From: Gemmatimonadota bacterium
Lineage (GTDB): Bacteria; Gemmatimonadota; Gemmatimonadetes; Palauibacterales; KS3-K002
Reading direction: 5' to 3'
Assembly (NCBI GenBank): GCA_039586795.1
Contig: JBDHJS010000005.1
Location: 32,001 to 96,000 of the forward strand
Length of the DNA stretch: 64,000 nucleotides
Part shown: in pieces, positions 28,030 through 38,361 of the stretch
Numbering within the stretch: position 1 is the first letter of the stretch
Layout: each line of letters begins with the position of its first letter
Program-made: the position numbers and the translations under genes
The notes under the pieces: generated by a model
Seen by the model: only the letters and a program-made list of their open reading frames with translations
Databases searched by the model: none
Told to the model about the DNA's origin: nothing

Positions 28030-28920
28030 ATGAACCGAGCGGGAATAGCTCTGATCTCCTCTCTGCTGTTGATCGTGATGGCGTGTGTCGCCCGCGGCCA
28101 GGACGAGCCGTGGCCACGCAGCGTCTTGATCACCAACGACGACGGCATCGAGGCCGAAGGACTGCTGGCGCTGGTTCGGACGTTCGCTCCCGAGGTCAAA
28201 GTCTACGTAGCCGCCCCGTTGGGTAACCGAAGCGGCAGCACGAACTACGTTTCAGCCATCGCCCAGCGCGGGCTGGAGATGGAGAGGCGCGATATGGGCG
28301 AAGGCGTGACCGCCTACGCCATCGACGGCTACCCGGCGGATGCCGTGGTCTGGGCGCTCAAGGGACTGCTGGTCGACGATCCGCCGGACCTGGTCATCTC
28401 CGGCGTCAACACGGGTCCCAACTTGACCGGCGATTGGAACCTGTCGGGCACGGTAGGTGCCGCGCAGATTGCCGCTTTCTTCGGCGTCCCTGCCATAGCC
28501 GTCTCCGGCTGGACGCCGGACCACGCCGAAACGCTGGAGGCGACCGCGCGCTGGATGCTAGAGTTTGCTCGCGGCAACCTGGTGCGCGACCTGGAGCCCG
28601 GCCAATACCTCACCGTAAGCGTGCCCCGGGTCGCTGCGGCGGACATTCAGGGCGCCGTCATCGCGCGCCGCAGCTCTTCGAACTGGGACATCGAGATGGC
28701 GCCCGCCGAAGCGCAAGCGAGCTCGGGTCGGGAGCGCTGGAGCCTCCGTTTCACCGATCTGGGCATGACCGCGGAGGAAGGGACCGATCTGTACTACTAC
28801 CAGCAGAATTACCTGGCGATCGTGCCGATGCGGGTCGACGAGCACGACTGGGAACTACTCGAGAATCTGGGGAAATCGCCGCCGGCGCTGCCTTCCTGGC
28901 AGCCGGAGGACGGCCGTTAG
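28030..28920 (+). CDS. surE: SurE-family 5'/3'-nucleotidase with N-terminal signal peptide
   Basis: LITNDDGI.A.GL, AP..NRSG, G.PAD, SGVN.GPN, SGTVGAA. Confidence 0.85.
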   Translation: MNRAGIALISSLLLIVMACVARGQDEPWPRSVLITNDDGIEAEGLLALVRTFAPEVKVYVAAPLGNRSGSTNYVSAIAQRGLEMERRDMGEGVTAYAIDGYPADAVVWALKGLLVDDPPDLVISGVNTGPNLTGDWNLSGTVGAAQIAAFFGVPAIAVSGWTPDHAETLEATARWMLEFARGNLVRDLEPGQYLTVSVPRVAAADIQGAVIARRSSSNWDIEMAPAEAQASSGRERWSLRFTDLGMTAEEGTDLYYYQQNYLAIVPMRVDEHDWELLENLGKSPPALPSWQPEDGR

Positions 28921-28988
28921 CCTCGTTTGGGGCCGGCGAAACATGTTCGGCCCCTCCCACGTATGACGGGTAGAACAGGGGGATTCCT

Positions 28989-29060
28989 ATGCTGAGGCTA
29001 TTGAAACCGTTTTTGCGGGTCGTCGTTAAAGTGTTGGAGTGGCTGGAGCGGAAGATCTAG
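28989..29060 (+). CDS. Candidate 23-aa amphipathic peptide
   Basis: AGGGGGA SD 5 nt upstream; MLRLLKPFLRVVVKVLEWLERKI*; hairpin after the stop. Confidence 0.35.
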   Translation: MLRLLKPFLRVVVKVLEWLERKI

Positions 29061-29196
29061 GGTCTCGTCGCCGCGAGGAGACTCTATTCCCTCCCTCTGG
29101 CCTCACCTCCAATTCGTGCTGTACCCACCCGATCCCATGCTGGCGTGACAGTACCCATTCTGCCAAATACGCCAGTCTTGCGGCGCTCCATAAGGA

Positions 29197-29943
29197 TCAA
29201 CGTAGACGAATGAGTTCGCTCTGAGCGAATAGATCTCCGACGTTCAGCCCGATTGTATCCGCCGCGTAGAGATCCGACGGGACGCCGATGTCGGCGAGAT
29301 ACAACTCGCCAACGTACTCCTCGACGTTCGGCTCATCCAAACCTGTCTTTGGCAGCGCCAATGTCATGGTCGCTCTGGCCCGGATCGCGGGTTCGTAGGC
29401 CGACCCGGTCGTGCCGTCGACGCCCGAAGGTATGTCCAAGGCGAGAATGGGTGCACCGCTCGCGTTCGCCCAACGGATCAAGTCCGCGGCTACGCCGTGC
29501 GGCGCGCCCGACAGACTGTATCCGATGATCCCATCGACTATTAGATCGACGCGACCCGCCGCCACGGCTGTCACGCCATCGGCCTGCCCGACAGGCAGAC
29601 CCATTCGCTTGACGATGTCGAGTTGCTGGGCGGGTACCGGCGCCATCGCTGTCTCAGGCACGGCCAGCGCTACCCAAACATCGGCACCCCAGTTGGCGAG
29701 ATGTCGCGCGCAGACCAACGCGCCGCCGCCGTTGCCGCCCGATCCGACGGCTACGATCACGCACCTGCCCCGCGAGTCGCCGTCCAGAAAGCGATCGCGG
29801 GACAGTTGCGCCAGGTTGCGACCGGCGTTCTCCATCATCTGGACCAGCTCGATGCCGTACTCCTTGATCATCAACCGATCCACTTCGACCATCTGAGCGG
29901 TGGTGATGCTTGGTACGTCGCTCGAGCTCGGGGGGATAGTCAC
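29197..29943 (-). CDS. nnrE: NAD(P)HX epimerase (stand-alone YjeF_N)
   Basis: MMENAG, GSGGNGG, VDGIIGY, ALDIPSG, LADIGVP. Confidence 0.9.
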   Translation of the reverse strand: MTIPPSSSDVPSITTAQMVEVDRLMIKEYGIELVQMMENAGRNLAQLSRDRFLDGDSRGRCVIVAVGSGGNGGGALVCARHLANWGADVWVALAVPETAMAPVPAQQLDIVKRMGLPVGQADGVTAVAAGRVDLIVDGIIGYSLSGAPHGVAADLIRWANASGAPILALDIPSGVDGTTGSAYEPAIRARATMTLALPKTGLDEPNVEEYVGELYLADIGVPSDLYAADTIGLNVGDLFAQSELIRLR

Positions 29944-29977
29944 GCGCCCTCTGGGTTGCTTACCGTTTCAGCGCACA

Positions 29978-31309
29978 TCAAGGAAGCCCCTCCTCAACGT
30001 TCGGCGTCCGGAATGTGAACACCGCGACTCTCTCCACGCCCGTCATCTCATCGCGGGTGATACCATAGACCCTGCTGCCGGTGATGTGCGGAGCCGGCTC
30101 CGACAGGATGGAGGCCGGAATCACTACTACCCCAAGATAGATGCCTTCCGGACCGAACACATCGAAGAAGGTCTCATCGCGCCTGCCGGCAAGCGGCCAG
30201 CGCTCGATCCACAACTTGCCATCCGTCGCCACGTTGACCGACAGAAAGGCCGGAAGCGTCTCAGGCAGGATCCCTTCCCTCACTTCGTCCGGAACGCTGA
30301 ACACCTCGGAGATGGGGACCGGCAGAGTGTCCTTACGGGTCTGGAGTGCGGTTGCGCTATCGCGTCGCTCGCCATCCGGGATGGGCGACAGGGCCAGGTT
30401 GCGACTGATGCGCCGGAGCGTATCGCCGTTGGTGTTCGTCATGAAGAGCGAGTATTCGTCGCCCTCGCCGAACAACAGGTGGCCATCGCCGGTCACATCC
30501 CATGACGGCATCGGGGAGAACGGAACGCGATTCAAACCATCGACCATCCTTCCACCACGCTCGCTCGTCCTGAACCACGCTGTGGAAGCGGGCATAGTCG
30601 CTATGTCGGGCAGCATCAGCGTATCGACGAACTCGCCGTTTCCATCGTAGATGAGGTAGAAGTAGCGGCGCACCTCCATGGTTCCGTGCTCGTGAGGATA
30701 ATAGAGCTGCCCATCCGCATCGAATCGCGTTGGCTTGTAGGACTGCGGATAGACCGGGCCGCGCCAGGTCGTCGCGACGCTGTCGAGTAAGGCGCTCGAC
30801 GCTCGGGAGGTGAAGCGCGTCACGCGGGATGTCACGTCTCGAACGTAGAGCGCTCCGTCCGGCCCTACCGCCGGGGCGATGGGGACATCGAATTCGCCGG
30901 GCCCTTCTCCCTTTCCGCCGACGAGCGCCAGGTAACGGCCGTCGCCGCCGTAGGCACGTACGAGGGCGCCCATCCGATCGGCGATGTAGATCACGCCTGA
31001 CGCGTCGGCCGTGACGCCCATGATATCGCCGAACAGGTAGTCCGGGTCGCCGTCTTCGAGACCGATGGTGAGCTCACGCACCGCCATCACGGTATCCTCT
31101 ACCCAGCCGCCACCGCCTGCGTTGTTCACCAGGATGATCCCGGCCTCCGTGGTTTCGACGCCGCCCTGCCAGTGAGTCGCGGTACTCGATGTCGTCTCGG
31201 CCGGAGCGCATGCCATCAAAACCAGGATGAAAAGCGCCGCATGTCGAATCGAACTCAAGTCGATACGATCCGCGTTAGGACATGCCATTGTATCCTTCTC
31301 CTTAGCCAT
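29978..31309 (-). CDS. 6-bladed beta-propeller lipoprotein (divergent fourth copy)
   Basis: Lipobox LMAC; IG..DGDPDY.FG; GGKGEGPGEF; FDVF..EG.YLG. Confidence 0.8.
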   Translation of the reverse strand: MAKEKDTMACPNADRIDLSSIRHAALFILVLMACAPAETTSSTATHWQGGVETTEAGIILVNNAGGGGWVEDTVMAVRELTIGLEDGDPDYLFGDIMGVTADASGVIYIADRMGALVRAYGGDGRYLALVGGKGEGPGEFDVPIAPAVGPDGALYVRDVTSRVTRFTSRASSALLDSVATTWRGPVYPQSYKPTRFDADGQLYYPHEHGTMEVRRYFYLIYDGNGEFVDTLMLPDIATMPASTAWFRTSERGGRMVDGLNRVPFSPMPSWDVTGDGHLLFGEGDEYSLFMTNTNGDTLRRISRNLALSPIPDGERRDSATALQTRKDTLPVPISEVFSVPDEVREGILPETLPAFLSVNVATDGKLWIERWPLAGRRDETFFDVFGPEGIYLGVVVIPASILSEPAPHITGSRVYGITRDEMTGVERVAVFTFRTPNVEEGLP

Positions 31310-31464
31310 GAGTGACCGAGGTGCCTCTATAGGTTGACGACCGTCGTTTCGAAAAGGTTGCGAGCTACAAATGGCTTACCGGTAACAAGCACGCTAGCTT
31401 TGGATCTTCGCGACTGCAACGACGAGCCAGGCTACCGTTTGGCCGGCACCGTATCCAGGGGACG

Positions 31465-32220
31465 ATGACGACCAGGGAATTCCCGGTACAGTTCAAGAAC
31501 GTCAGCCTCCAGTTGAGCGGCGGCTCACGCATCATCTCCGATCTGAGCCTCGATGTTCGGGCCGGCGAGATTCTGGTGCTGCTGGGTCGGAGCGGCTCTG
31601 GTAAGACGACGACGCTCAGGCTCGTCAACCGCCTGGTCGAGCCGGGCGCCGGCGCGGTGATGGTCGAAGGCAAGTCGACCACGGCGTGGGACGCGACCCG
31701 TCTCCGACGTCGCATCGGCTACGTGATCCAAGATGCCGGGCTCTTTCCTCATTACACGGTAGAGGAGAATGTGGGTGTGGTTCCGACACTGGAAAGCTGG
31801 GATGATGCGCGAAAGCATGAGCGTGTGACGCAGTTGCTCGAGCTGGTCGGGCTCGACCCGGCGATCTTCGCTCGGCGCTACCCGGCAGAGCTCTCCGGCG
31901 GACAGCGACAGAGAGTCGGTGTGGCTCGCGCGCTGGCCGCGGACCCACCACTTCTGTTGATGGATGAGCCGTTCGGGGCTCTCGATCCGCTGACGCGCCT
32001 CGAGTTGCAGCGGGAGCTGAGAACACTGCAACAGAATCTCGGCAAGACCATCATGTTCGTGACGCACGATATTCGCGAAGCCCTCTTGCTGGCCACGCGA
32101 ATCGCCCTGCTCCACGAAGGCACGCTGGCCTTCCTGGGGACACCCGACGAGTTGCTCCTGACGCAGGCGCCGGAAGCCCGGGCGTTCGTCTCGGCACTCG
32201 AGGCATCGAGCGAAGGGTAG
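31465..32220 (+). CDS. Osmoprotectant (Opu/OsmV-like) ABC transporter ATPase
   Basis: GRSGSGKT, IGYVIQ..GLFPH, LSGGQRQRVG, MDEPFGALDP. Confidence 0.92.
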   Translation: MTTREFPVQFKNVSLQLSGGSRIISDLSLDVRAGEILVLLGRSGSGKTTTLRLVNRLVEPGAGAVMVEGKSTTAWDATRLRRRIGYVIQDAGLFPHYTVEENVGVVPTLESWDDARKHERVTQLLELVGLDPAIFARRYPAELSGGQRQRVGVARALAADPPLLLMDEPFGALDPLTRLELQRELRTLQQNLGKTIMFVTHDIREALLLATRIALLHEGTLAFLGTPDELLLTQAPEARAFVSALEASSEG

Positions 32221-32224
32221 AACC

Positions 32225-32887
32225 ATGGACTTGATCGATTTCTTGTCCCGAAACCGTACCGAGTTCATCGCCTTGCTTGGCGAACACCTGATGCTCGTCG
32301 GAGTGGCTACGGGGCTCGCAATACTGATCGGCGTGCCGCTTGGCATTCTGCTCACCCGGCGGCCGCGACTCAGCGCGCCGGTCCTCGGGTTGGCCAATGT
32401 CTTTCAGACGATTCCCAGCCTGGCGCTGTTCGGGTTCTTGATTCCGATTCCGTTCATCGGCGGCATCGGCGCGCGGACGGCTATCGTGGCTCTGGTGCTG
32501 TACGCGCTGCTGCCGATCATCCGGAACACGTACGCCGGCATTCAGGGCGTTGACCCGGCGATACGCGAGGCGGGCCGGGGGATGGGGATGACGGATCGAC
32601 AGCTGCTGTACATGGTCGAGATGCCGCTGGCGTTCGGCGTGATCCTCGCCGGCATTCGGGTGGCGACGGTCATCGGTGTCGGCATCGCCACCATCGCCGC
32701 CGCCATTGGCGCGGGAGGGCTGGGCGTCTTCATTTTCCGAGGCGTCGCGATGGTCGACAACACGCTGATCCTCGCCGGAGCATTACCGGCCGCAGTCATG
32801 GCGCTTACCGCGGACTTCCTGCTGGGCCGGCTGGAGCATCGGTTCGCTCCCGGTCAAGCTCGTCTCGCCGATGCGAGGGCCGCGTGA
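32225..32887 (+). CDS. Osmoprotectant ABC transporter permease
   Basis: QTIPSLAL, LYALLPIIRNT, EA.RGMGM, IGAGGLG. Confidence 0.92.
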   Translation: MDLIDFLSRNRTEFIALLGEHLMLVGVATGLAILIGVPLGILLTRRPRLSAPVLGLANVFQTIPSLALFGFLIPIPFIGGIGARTAIVALVLYALLPIIRNTYAGIQGVDPAIREAGRGMGMTDRQLLYMVEMPLAFGVILAGIRVATVIGVGIATIAAAIGAGGLGVFIFRGVAMVDNTLILAGALPAAVMALTADFLLGRLEHRFAPGQARLADARAA

Positions 32888-33783
32888 GGATTCAAGTCGC
32901 GCTAGCCATCGGGCTGACGGCCTGCGCCACCGCGTGTGGTCTGGGCGGCGACAAAGTCGTGGTCGCGTCCAAGAACTTCACCGAGCAGACGATTCTGGGC
33001 GAGCTGGTCGCGCAACAGATCGAGCGGAGCACCGACCTGCGCGTCGATCGGCGCTTCTTTCTGGGAGGAACGTTCGTCTGCCATCAGGCCATCGTTTCCG
33101 GCGAAGTGGACATCTACGTTGAATACACGGGCACCGCGTTGACCGCGATCCTGGAGCAGCCACCGATGCAGGACCCATCGGCCGTCCGTGCGGCGGTGCA
33201 GGACGCGTATGAGACACAGTACGCACTTGCCTGGGGTGCGCCGCTGGGCTTCGACAACACGTTCGCGATTCTGATCCGCGGCGAAGAAGCGCGACGCCTC
33301 GGAATCACGACGATCTCTCAAGCCGCGGAGCACACCGGTGACTGGCAAGCCGGTTTCGGCTACGAGTTCGTGGAGAGAGAAGATGGCTTTCCCGGCCTGG
33401 TGGAGACTTACGGTCTCGAGTTCGTCGAGACGCCACGCACCATGGACCTCGGACTCACCTACCGAGCGCTTGCTGACGGCCAGGTCGACTTGATCGCCGG
33501 AAACTCCACGGACGGGCTCATCGCCGCGCTCGACCTGTTTCACCTGGAGGATGATCGCGCCTACTTCCCACCCTACGAGGCGGCACCGGTGATGCGGAAG
33601 GAGCTTCTGGAGCGTCATCCGGAGGTCGGGCGTGCACTAGAACAACTGGCCGGTCGGGTCTCCGATGACGAGATGCGGCGTCTCAACTATCTTGTGGACG
33701 TCGAGCATCGCGACGTCCCGGTCGTAGTACGGGAGTGGCTGGAGGCCAATCTGCCGCGACGCGAAGACTCTGGCCTCAACTGA
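32884..33783 (+). CDS. Osmoprotectant ABC substrate-binding lipoprotein (OpuAC/OsmF-like)
   Basis: GTG start; lipobox ATAC; SKNFTEQ, YVEYTGT, EF.ER.DG, FPPY. Confidence 0.92.
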   Translation: MRIQVALAIGLTACATACGLGGDKVVVASKNFTEQTILGELVAQQIERSTDLRVDRRFFLGGTFVCHQAIVSGEVDIYVEYTGTALTAILEQPPMQDPSAVRAAVQDAYETQYALAWGAPLGFDNTFAILIRGEEARRLGITTISQAAEHTGDWQAGFGYEFVEREDGFPGLVETYGLEFVETPRTMDLGLTYRALADGQVDLIAGNSTDGLIAALDLFHLEDDRAYFPPYEAAPVMRKELLERHPEVGRALEQLAGRVSDDEMRRLNYLVDVEHRDVPVVVREWLEANLPRREDSGLN

Positions 33784-33794
33784 CGAACGACGCG

Positions 33795-34286
33795 ATGACG
33801 GATCCAAACTCGTTAAACCCGCTTCACCCACGCGTCGTCATCGTATGGCGAGTAGCCGCCTTCATCGGAGCGACTATCTGGACTGTAGGCGCGGCGCTCC
33901 TCGAGGGGCTAGTTCTCGTCCCGAACCTGGGGCCGCTTCTCTTCCCCGGGGCGGTCACCGGCCTTGTCGCCCTCCTGATGCTGACGCTTGCCGTGTTCTG
34001 GCCCGGGCTTCGCTACCGGTATTGGCGCTGGAGCGTTCGGCCCGATCACGTTCTGATTCAGAAGGGTGTGCTCTGGCGAACGCGCTCGCTGATCCCTCGT
34101 GTCCGGATCCAGCACGTCGACACGCGTACTTCTCCGGTACAGCGATGGTTGGGTCTCGCGTCGCTGGTCATCTATACCGCCGGAACGCGAGGAGCGGACG
34201 CCGAGATACCCGGGCTGACGGCGGAACAGGCCACCCAGCTGCGCGACGAGCTGGCGCAACTTCAGGAGTTGGATGAACGCGCCTGA
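33795..34286 (+). CDS. Bacterial PH-domain membrane protein, YdbS-like
   Basis: 2 TM; GVLWR....P..RIQHVD....P.QR.LGL. Confidence 0.85.
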   Translation: MTDPNSLNPLHPRVVIVWRVAAFIGATIWTVGAALLEGLVLVPNLGPLLFPGAVTGLVALLMLTLAVFWPGLRYRYWRWSVRPDHVLIQKGVLWRTRSLIPRVRIQHVDTRTSPVQRWLGLASLVIYTAGTRGADAEIPGLTAEQATQLRDELAQLQELDERA

Positions 34287-35802
34287 ATCCAACGACGGTT
34301 GGCGGAGGCTGCACCCGGCTACGCCGCTGTTCAAATCGCTACAGCTGCTCTACGGATACGTGATCGGCGTGCTGGCCGCGTCTGTTAGCATCGGTATGTC
34401 GTTATTGATCATGCTGCTGTTCGCGGCGCTGATCGTTGGCTGGGCGATCATCTCGTACCTGCGCTTCAGCTATCGCGTGACGCCAGAAGAGGTCGTGGTG
34501 AAACACGGAGTTCTCTTCCGTCAGCGGCGGGTCATACCACGGTCCCGGATTCAGAACGTAGATCTACGCGCCGGTCTGCTGCAGCAGATCCTCGGCGTGG
34601 TCACGGCGCGTATCGAGACCGCCGGCGGCGCGGGGACCGAGGCCTCGATGCAGGTCGTCAGTCGTAGGGAGGGCGTGCGTCTGCGGAACGCGCTTGTCGG
34701 GCGCATCAGCGACTTCGTCCCCGGACCTACAGAAGCGCTCGAATCGGATGGCGCTGCTGAGGCCCGTTCCTCCCTAGACACTTCAACGCGCCGCGTCGGC
34801 CCCCTGGATCTGGCCATCGCCGGAGCGACATCTAACAATGCAGGTGTCTTGTTCGGCTTCCTGTTCGGGCTCGACTACGCGTTCGATATCGTGCCAACTG
34901 ATTGGCTGCTTAGTCGCGTGCTGCCGGCGGAGTTTCTAGACACCGAAGCGGCGGCGAACGCCCTGGCGGAGGCGGCACGGAACGATATCCAGGCATTCCT
35001 GATCGGCCTCACCGCGCTGATCGTCTTCTTCGGTCTCGCCGGTTGGGGTCTGTCGATCACGATGACCGTAGTTCGCTACTTCGGCTTTACGCTTCGCCGG
35101 ATCGGCGGCGAGTTGCAGGTCAGCTACGGATTGATTACGCGGCGCGAGAAAGGGCTGCGTCGGAGTCGCGTGCAGAACATCCAGATCGAGGAGCCAATTC
35201 TGCGGCGTTGGCTCAAGCTGGCGACGCTCAAGGTGCAGACGGCCGGCTATGGGCCAGAGGTGAAAGGCGACGAACGGATGGAGGTGCTGGCGCCGATCAC
35301 GAGACGGCAGGAGATCTCCGATTATGTGAAGGAAGTCTTTCCGAATCTCGATTGGGAGACTATAGAATGGCGGCCATCGCACCCGCGCGCCAAGCGCCGA
35401 ATGTTCCTGCGTCGAGCGCTCGTCGTTCTGTTGGTTACGGTCGTGATGTCGATCATGAACCTGCACTGGCTGGCGCTGCTGCTCGCGCTCATCCCGGCCT
35501 GGTGGCTCGCCGTCGCCCATTACCGCCACCTGGGCCACGCGCGTGACGGCGACTACATGCTGACCCGTGAAGGGCTATGGACGCAGCGCACGTTCATAGT
35601 TCCGGTTCGCAAGATCCAGGCGCTTCATTTCAAACAGACGCCTTTCCAGCGGCGCCTGGCGATCGGCACGCTGACCGCCGAGACGGCGGGCAACCCGATG
35701 GAGTGGCACGCGCCCCGGTCGATTGATCTGGGAGTCGAGTATGGGCGTGGGTTGCAGGAGGAGTTGGCGGGTGAGGTGACGGCGACGGGGTTGGTGTTTT
35801 AG
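34273..35802 (+). CDS. Bacterial PH-domain membrane protein, YdbT-like (three bPH_2 domains)
   Basis: W.RLHP; three RIQ/RVQ/KIQ repeats; overlaps the ydbS-like gene. Confidence 0.85.
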   Translation: MNAPESNDGWRRLHPATPLFKSLQLLYGYVIGVLAASVSIGMSLLIMLLFAALIVGWAIISYLRFSYRVTPEEVVVKHGVLFRQRRVIPRSRIQNVDLRAGLLQQILGVVTARIETAGGAGTEASMQVVSRREGVRLRNALVGRISDFVPGPTEALESDGAAEARSSLDTSTRRVGPLDLAIAGATSNNAGVLFGFLFGLDYAFDIVPTDWLLSRVLPAEFLDTEAAANALAEAARNDIQAFLIGLTALIVFFGLAGWGLSITMTVVRYFGFTLRRIGGELQVSYGLITRREKGLRRSRVQNIQIEEPILRRWLKLATLKVQTAGYGPEVKGDERMEVLAPITRRQEISDYVKEVFPNLDWETIEWRPSHPRAKRRMFLRRALVVLLVTVVMSIMNLHWLALLLALIPAWWLAVAHYRHLGHARDGDYMLTREGLWTQRTFIVPVRKIQALHFKQTPFQRRLAIGTLTAETAGNPMEWHAPRSIDLGVEYGRGLQEELAGEVTATGLVF

Positions 35803-35880
35803 TGAGCGGTGGTTGGTGGGTGGCGATGTGTGCCCTCGCAGCTGCGCAGTTACTACCTACCACCTACCACCTACCACCTA
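35802..35880. repeat. Degenerate inverted heptamer array between convergent genes
   Basis: GTGAGCG GTGGTTG GTGGGTG ... CTACCTA CCACCTA CCACCTA CCACCTA; the final CTA is the phoU stop. Confidence 0.75.
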
Positions 35881-36549
35881 CTGCTCCTGCACATCCGGAT
35901 GCCGAATCAACTTCCCCTCCACCTGATAGACCACGTCCTCTCCGATGTTGGTGGCGAGGTCTGCGATACGCTCGATGTTGCGGCCGATCAAGATGAGGGA
36001 GAGACCGGTCCCGATGCGGGCCGGTGACTCCATCATCATGGTGATGGCGGAGCGTAGGTGGGACTCTTCCAGCTGGTCGACCCGGTCGTCCCGCGCGGTG
36101 ACGACGCGGGCCTTGTCGGGGTCGTGCTGAACGAAGGCATCCAGGACGTCGCGTAGCATGCCCTGAGCGATTGTCGCCGCTTCCGACAACTCGATGGGCA
36201 GCGCCCAATCGGAGTCTTTCTTGATCAAGCGCTCCGCCGTTTGCGCGATATTGACCGAATGGTCGCCGATGCGCTCGAGGTCGTTGTTGATCTTCAGAAC
36301 CGTGATGAGTCTTCGCAGGTCGCTGGCCATTGGCTGTTGAGTGGCCAGTAACTCAACGCACTGCTCCTCGATCTCCACCTCGGTAGCGTCTATCTCTCGG
36401 TCACCGACGATCACGGCTTCCGCCTTGGAAGCATCCCGATCGCTCAGCGCCTTGAGGGCCGTCTCCATGAGGCCTTCCACCATGCGCGACATGGCGACGA
36501 GTCGGGCGGTCAAATCATCTAGCTGCTGCTCGAAATGCGTGCGACGCAT
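35878..36549 (-). CDS. phoU: Phosphate signalling protein PhoU
   Basis: QQPMASDLR, DLERIGD, ERIADLATNI.E. Confidence 0.96.
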   Translation of the reverse strand: MRRTHFEQQLDDLTARLVAMSRMVEGLMETALKALSDRDASKAEAVIVGDREIDATEVEIEEQCVELLATQQPMASDLRRLITVLKINNDLERIGDHSVNIAQTAERLIKKDSDWALPIELSEAATIAQGMLRDVLDAFVQHDPDKARVVTARDDRVDQLEESHLRSAITMMMESPARIGTGLSLILIGRNIERIADLATNIGEDVVYQVEGKLIRHPDVQEQ

Positions 36550-36559
36550 CGCTCTGCTC

Positions 36560-37474
36560 CTAGCCGAACCGGCCCGTGATGTAGGCCTCGGTGCGCTCGT
36601 CATCCGGACCGGTGAATATCTTGTGCGTGTCTCCGTACTCTATCAGTCGGCCGAGATTCATGAACGCCGTGTAGTCGGCCACGCGTGCTGCTTGCTGCAT
36701 GTTATGGGTGACTATGATGATGGTGTAGTTCTGCTTGAGCTCCTGCATGAGCTCTTCGATGCGACCCGTGGCGATCGGATCTAACGCGCTGGCCGGCTCG
36801 TCCATCAGGATCACGTCCGGCTCCACAGCCAGGGCGCGGGCGATGCAAAGGCGTTGCTGCTGGCCGCCCGACAGGCCGTAGGCATTGTCTTTCAGCCGAT
36901 CCTTCACCTCGTCCCAGAGCGCCGCCCCACGCAGCGCTTCTTCGACGCGGTCGGCCAGATTGCCTTTGTAGCGGTTGATTCGTAGCCCGAACGCGACGTT
37001 GTCGAAGATGGACTTGGGGAACGGGTTCGGCTTCTGGAAGACCATTCCAATGCGTCGGCGAACCTCCACCGGGTCTACTTCTGCGGCATAGAGATCTTCG
37101 CCGTCGAACAAGACCTGCCCCTCGTTCCAGGCGATGGGGATCACGTCGTTCATCCGATTGAACGCGCGGAGCAGCGTGCTCTTTCCGCTGCCCGACGGTC
37201 CGATGAGGGCCGTGATTCTCTCGCGCGGCACCGTGAGAGATATCCCGTGAATCGTCTTCGCCTGGGCGTAATAGATGTTCAGATCACGCGTCTCGATCAC
37301 GGGTTCGGCGTGAACCATGATGTTTCGCGGGTCCCCTACCAATTGCTCTTCCGACAGGATCGGCCCCGTCGATCCGAGATCCAGCTGTTGGATCGCGATC
37401 GGCTGTTTGTCGCCTTCGGGGCTCTCGGTGTCTTTCATGTCTCTGGTCTCGGCAGCGCTATCCGCCTGGCTCAT
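36560..37474 (-). CDS. pstB: Phosphate ABC transporter ATPase
   Basis: [39 protein letters not shown]. Confidence 0.97.
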   Translation of the reverse strand: MSQADSAAETRDMKDTESPEGDKQPIAIQQLDLGSTGPILSEEQLVGDPRNIMVHAEPVIETRDLNIYYAQAKTIHGISLTVPRERITALIGPSGSGKSTLLRAFNRMNDVIPIAWNEGQVLFDGEDLYAAEVDPVEVRRRIGMVFQKPNPFPKSIFDNVAFGLRINRYKGNLADRVEEALRGAALWDEVKDRLKDNAYGLSGGQQQRLCIARALAVEPDVILMDEPASALDPIATGRIEELMQELKQNYTIIIVTHNMQQAARVADYTAFMNLGRLIEYGDTHKIFTGPDDERTEAYITGRFG

Positions 37475-38361
37475 ACTTCCTTCCGCAGTCTGTTCCTGAG
37501 GATGATCGCCGCAGCGTTCATGGACAGCAAGGCGACCAACAACACTATGATGCCGGCGGCGGCAAGTTCATGAAATCCGGCCTGCGGCCGCGCCGCCCAG
37601 TTGAAGATCTGGATCGGTAGAACCGTGAACTCATCCAGCGGCGTGTTGGGCGTAAAGGCGATGAAGGTGAGCGCACCAATCATGATCAGCGGCGCCGTTT
37701 CACCTATCGCTCGTGACAGGGCGAGGATCATGCCGGTCAGGATTCCAGGGAACGCGATGGGCAGTACCAGGTGTTGCAGCGCCTGCCACTTGGTCGCGCC
37801 AACGCCGAAGCCGGCTTCGCGAATCGACGGAGGCACGGCGCGGATCGCCTCCTGCGACGAGATGATAACGATCGGGAGAATCAACAACGCCAGGGTGGCT
37901 GCGCCGGCCAACACGCTTCGACCCATCGACATCGCCCGCACGAAGACGGCGAGCCCCAGCACGCCGTAGACGATCGAAGGGACGCCGGCCAGGTTGGCGA
38001 TATTAGTTTCGATGACCCGGGTCAGCCAGTTGCGCGGCGCGTACTCCTCCAGGTAGATCGCCGTGCCGACGCCTAACGGAAAGGAGAACAACCCGGTAAA
38101 CGCCACCACCCACATTGTACCGAACAGGGCCGATCTTATGCCCGCGCGCTCCGGGAAGCGTGACGGGTAGTTGCCCAGAAACTCGAGGGACAGCCGACCC
38201 ATGCCCTGGCGCATGATATCAACCAACAGGATGGCCAACAGTACGACGCCAACCGAAGTAGCCGCGAAGCACGACCAAAGGAAGATCTGGCCGCGCAACC
38301 TGCGCTTGTTCGGCTGCGGGTCGAAATGAGCCGAGCTCGCGACCGCTTCGCTCGTCGCCAT
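37471..38361 (-). CDS. pstA: Phosphate ABC transporter permease
   Basis: [20 protein letters not shown]; position in the operon. Confidence 0.95.
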   Translation of the reverse strand: MATSEAVASSAHFDPQPNKRRLRGQIFLWSCFAATSVGVVLLAILLVDIMRQGMGRLSLEFLGNYPSRFPERAGIRSALFGTMWVVAFTGLFSFPLGVGTAIYLEEYAPRNWLTRVIETNIANLAGVPSIVYGVLGLAVFVRAMSMGRSVLAGAATLALLILPIVIISSQEAIRAVPPSIREAGFGVGATKWQALQHLVLPIAFPGILTGMILALSRAIGETAPLIMIGALTFIAFTPNTPLDEFTVLPIQIFNWAARPQAGFHELAAAGIIVLLVALLSMNAAAIILRNRLRKEV

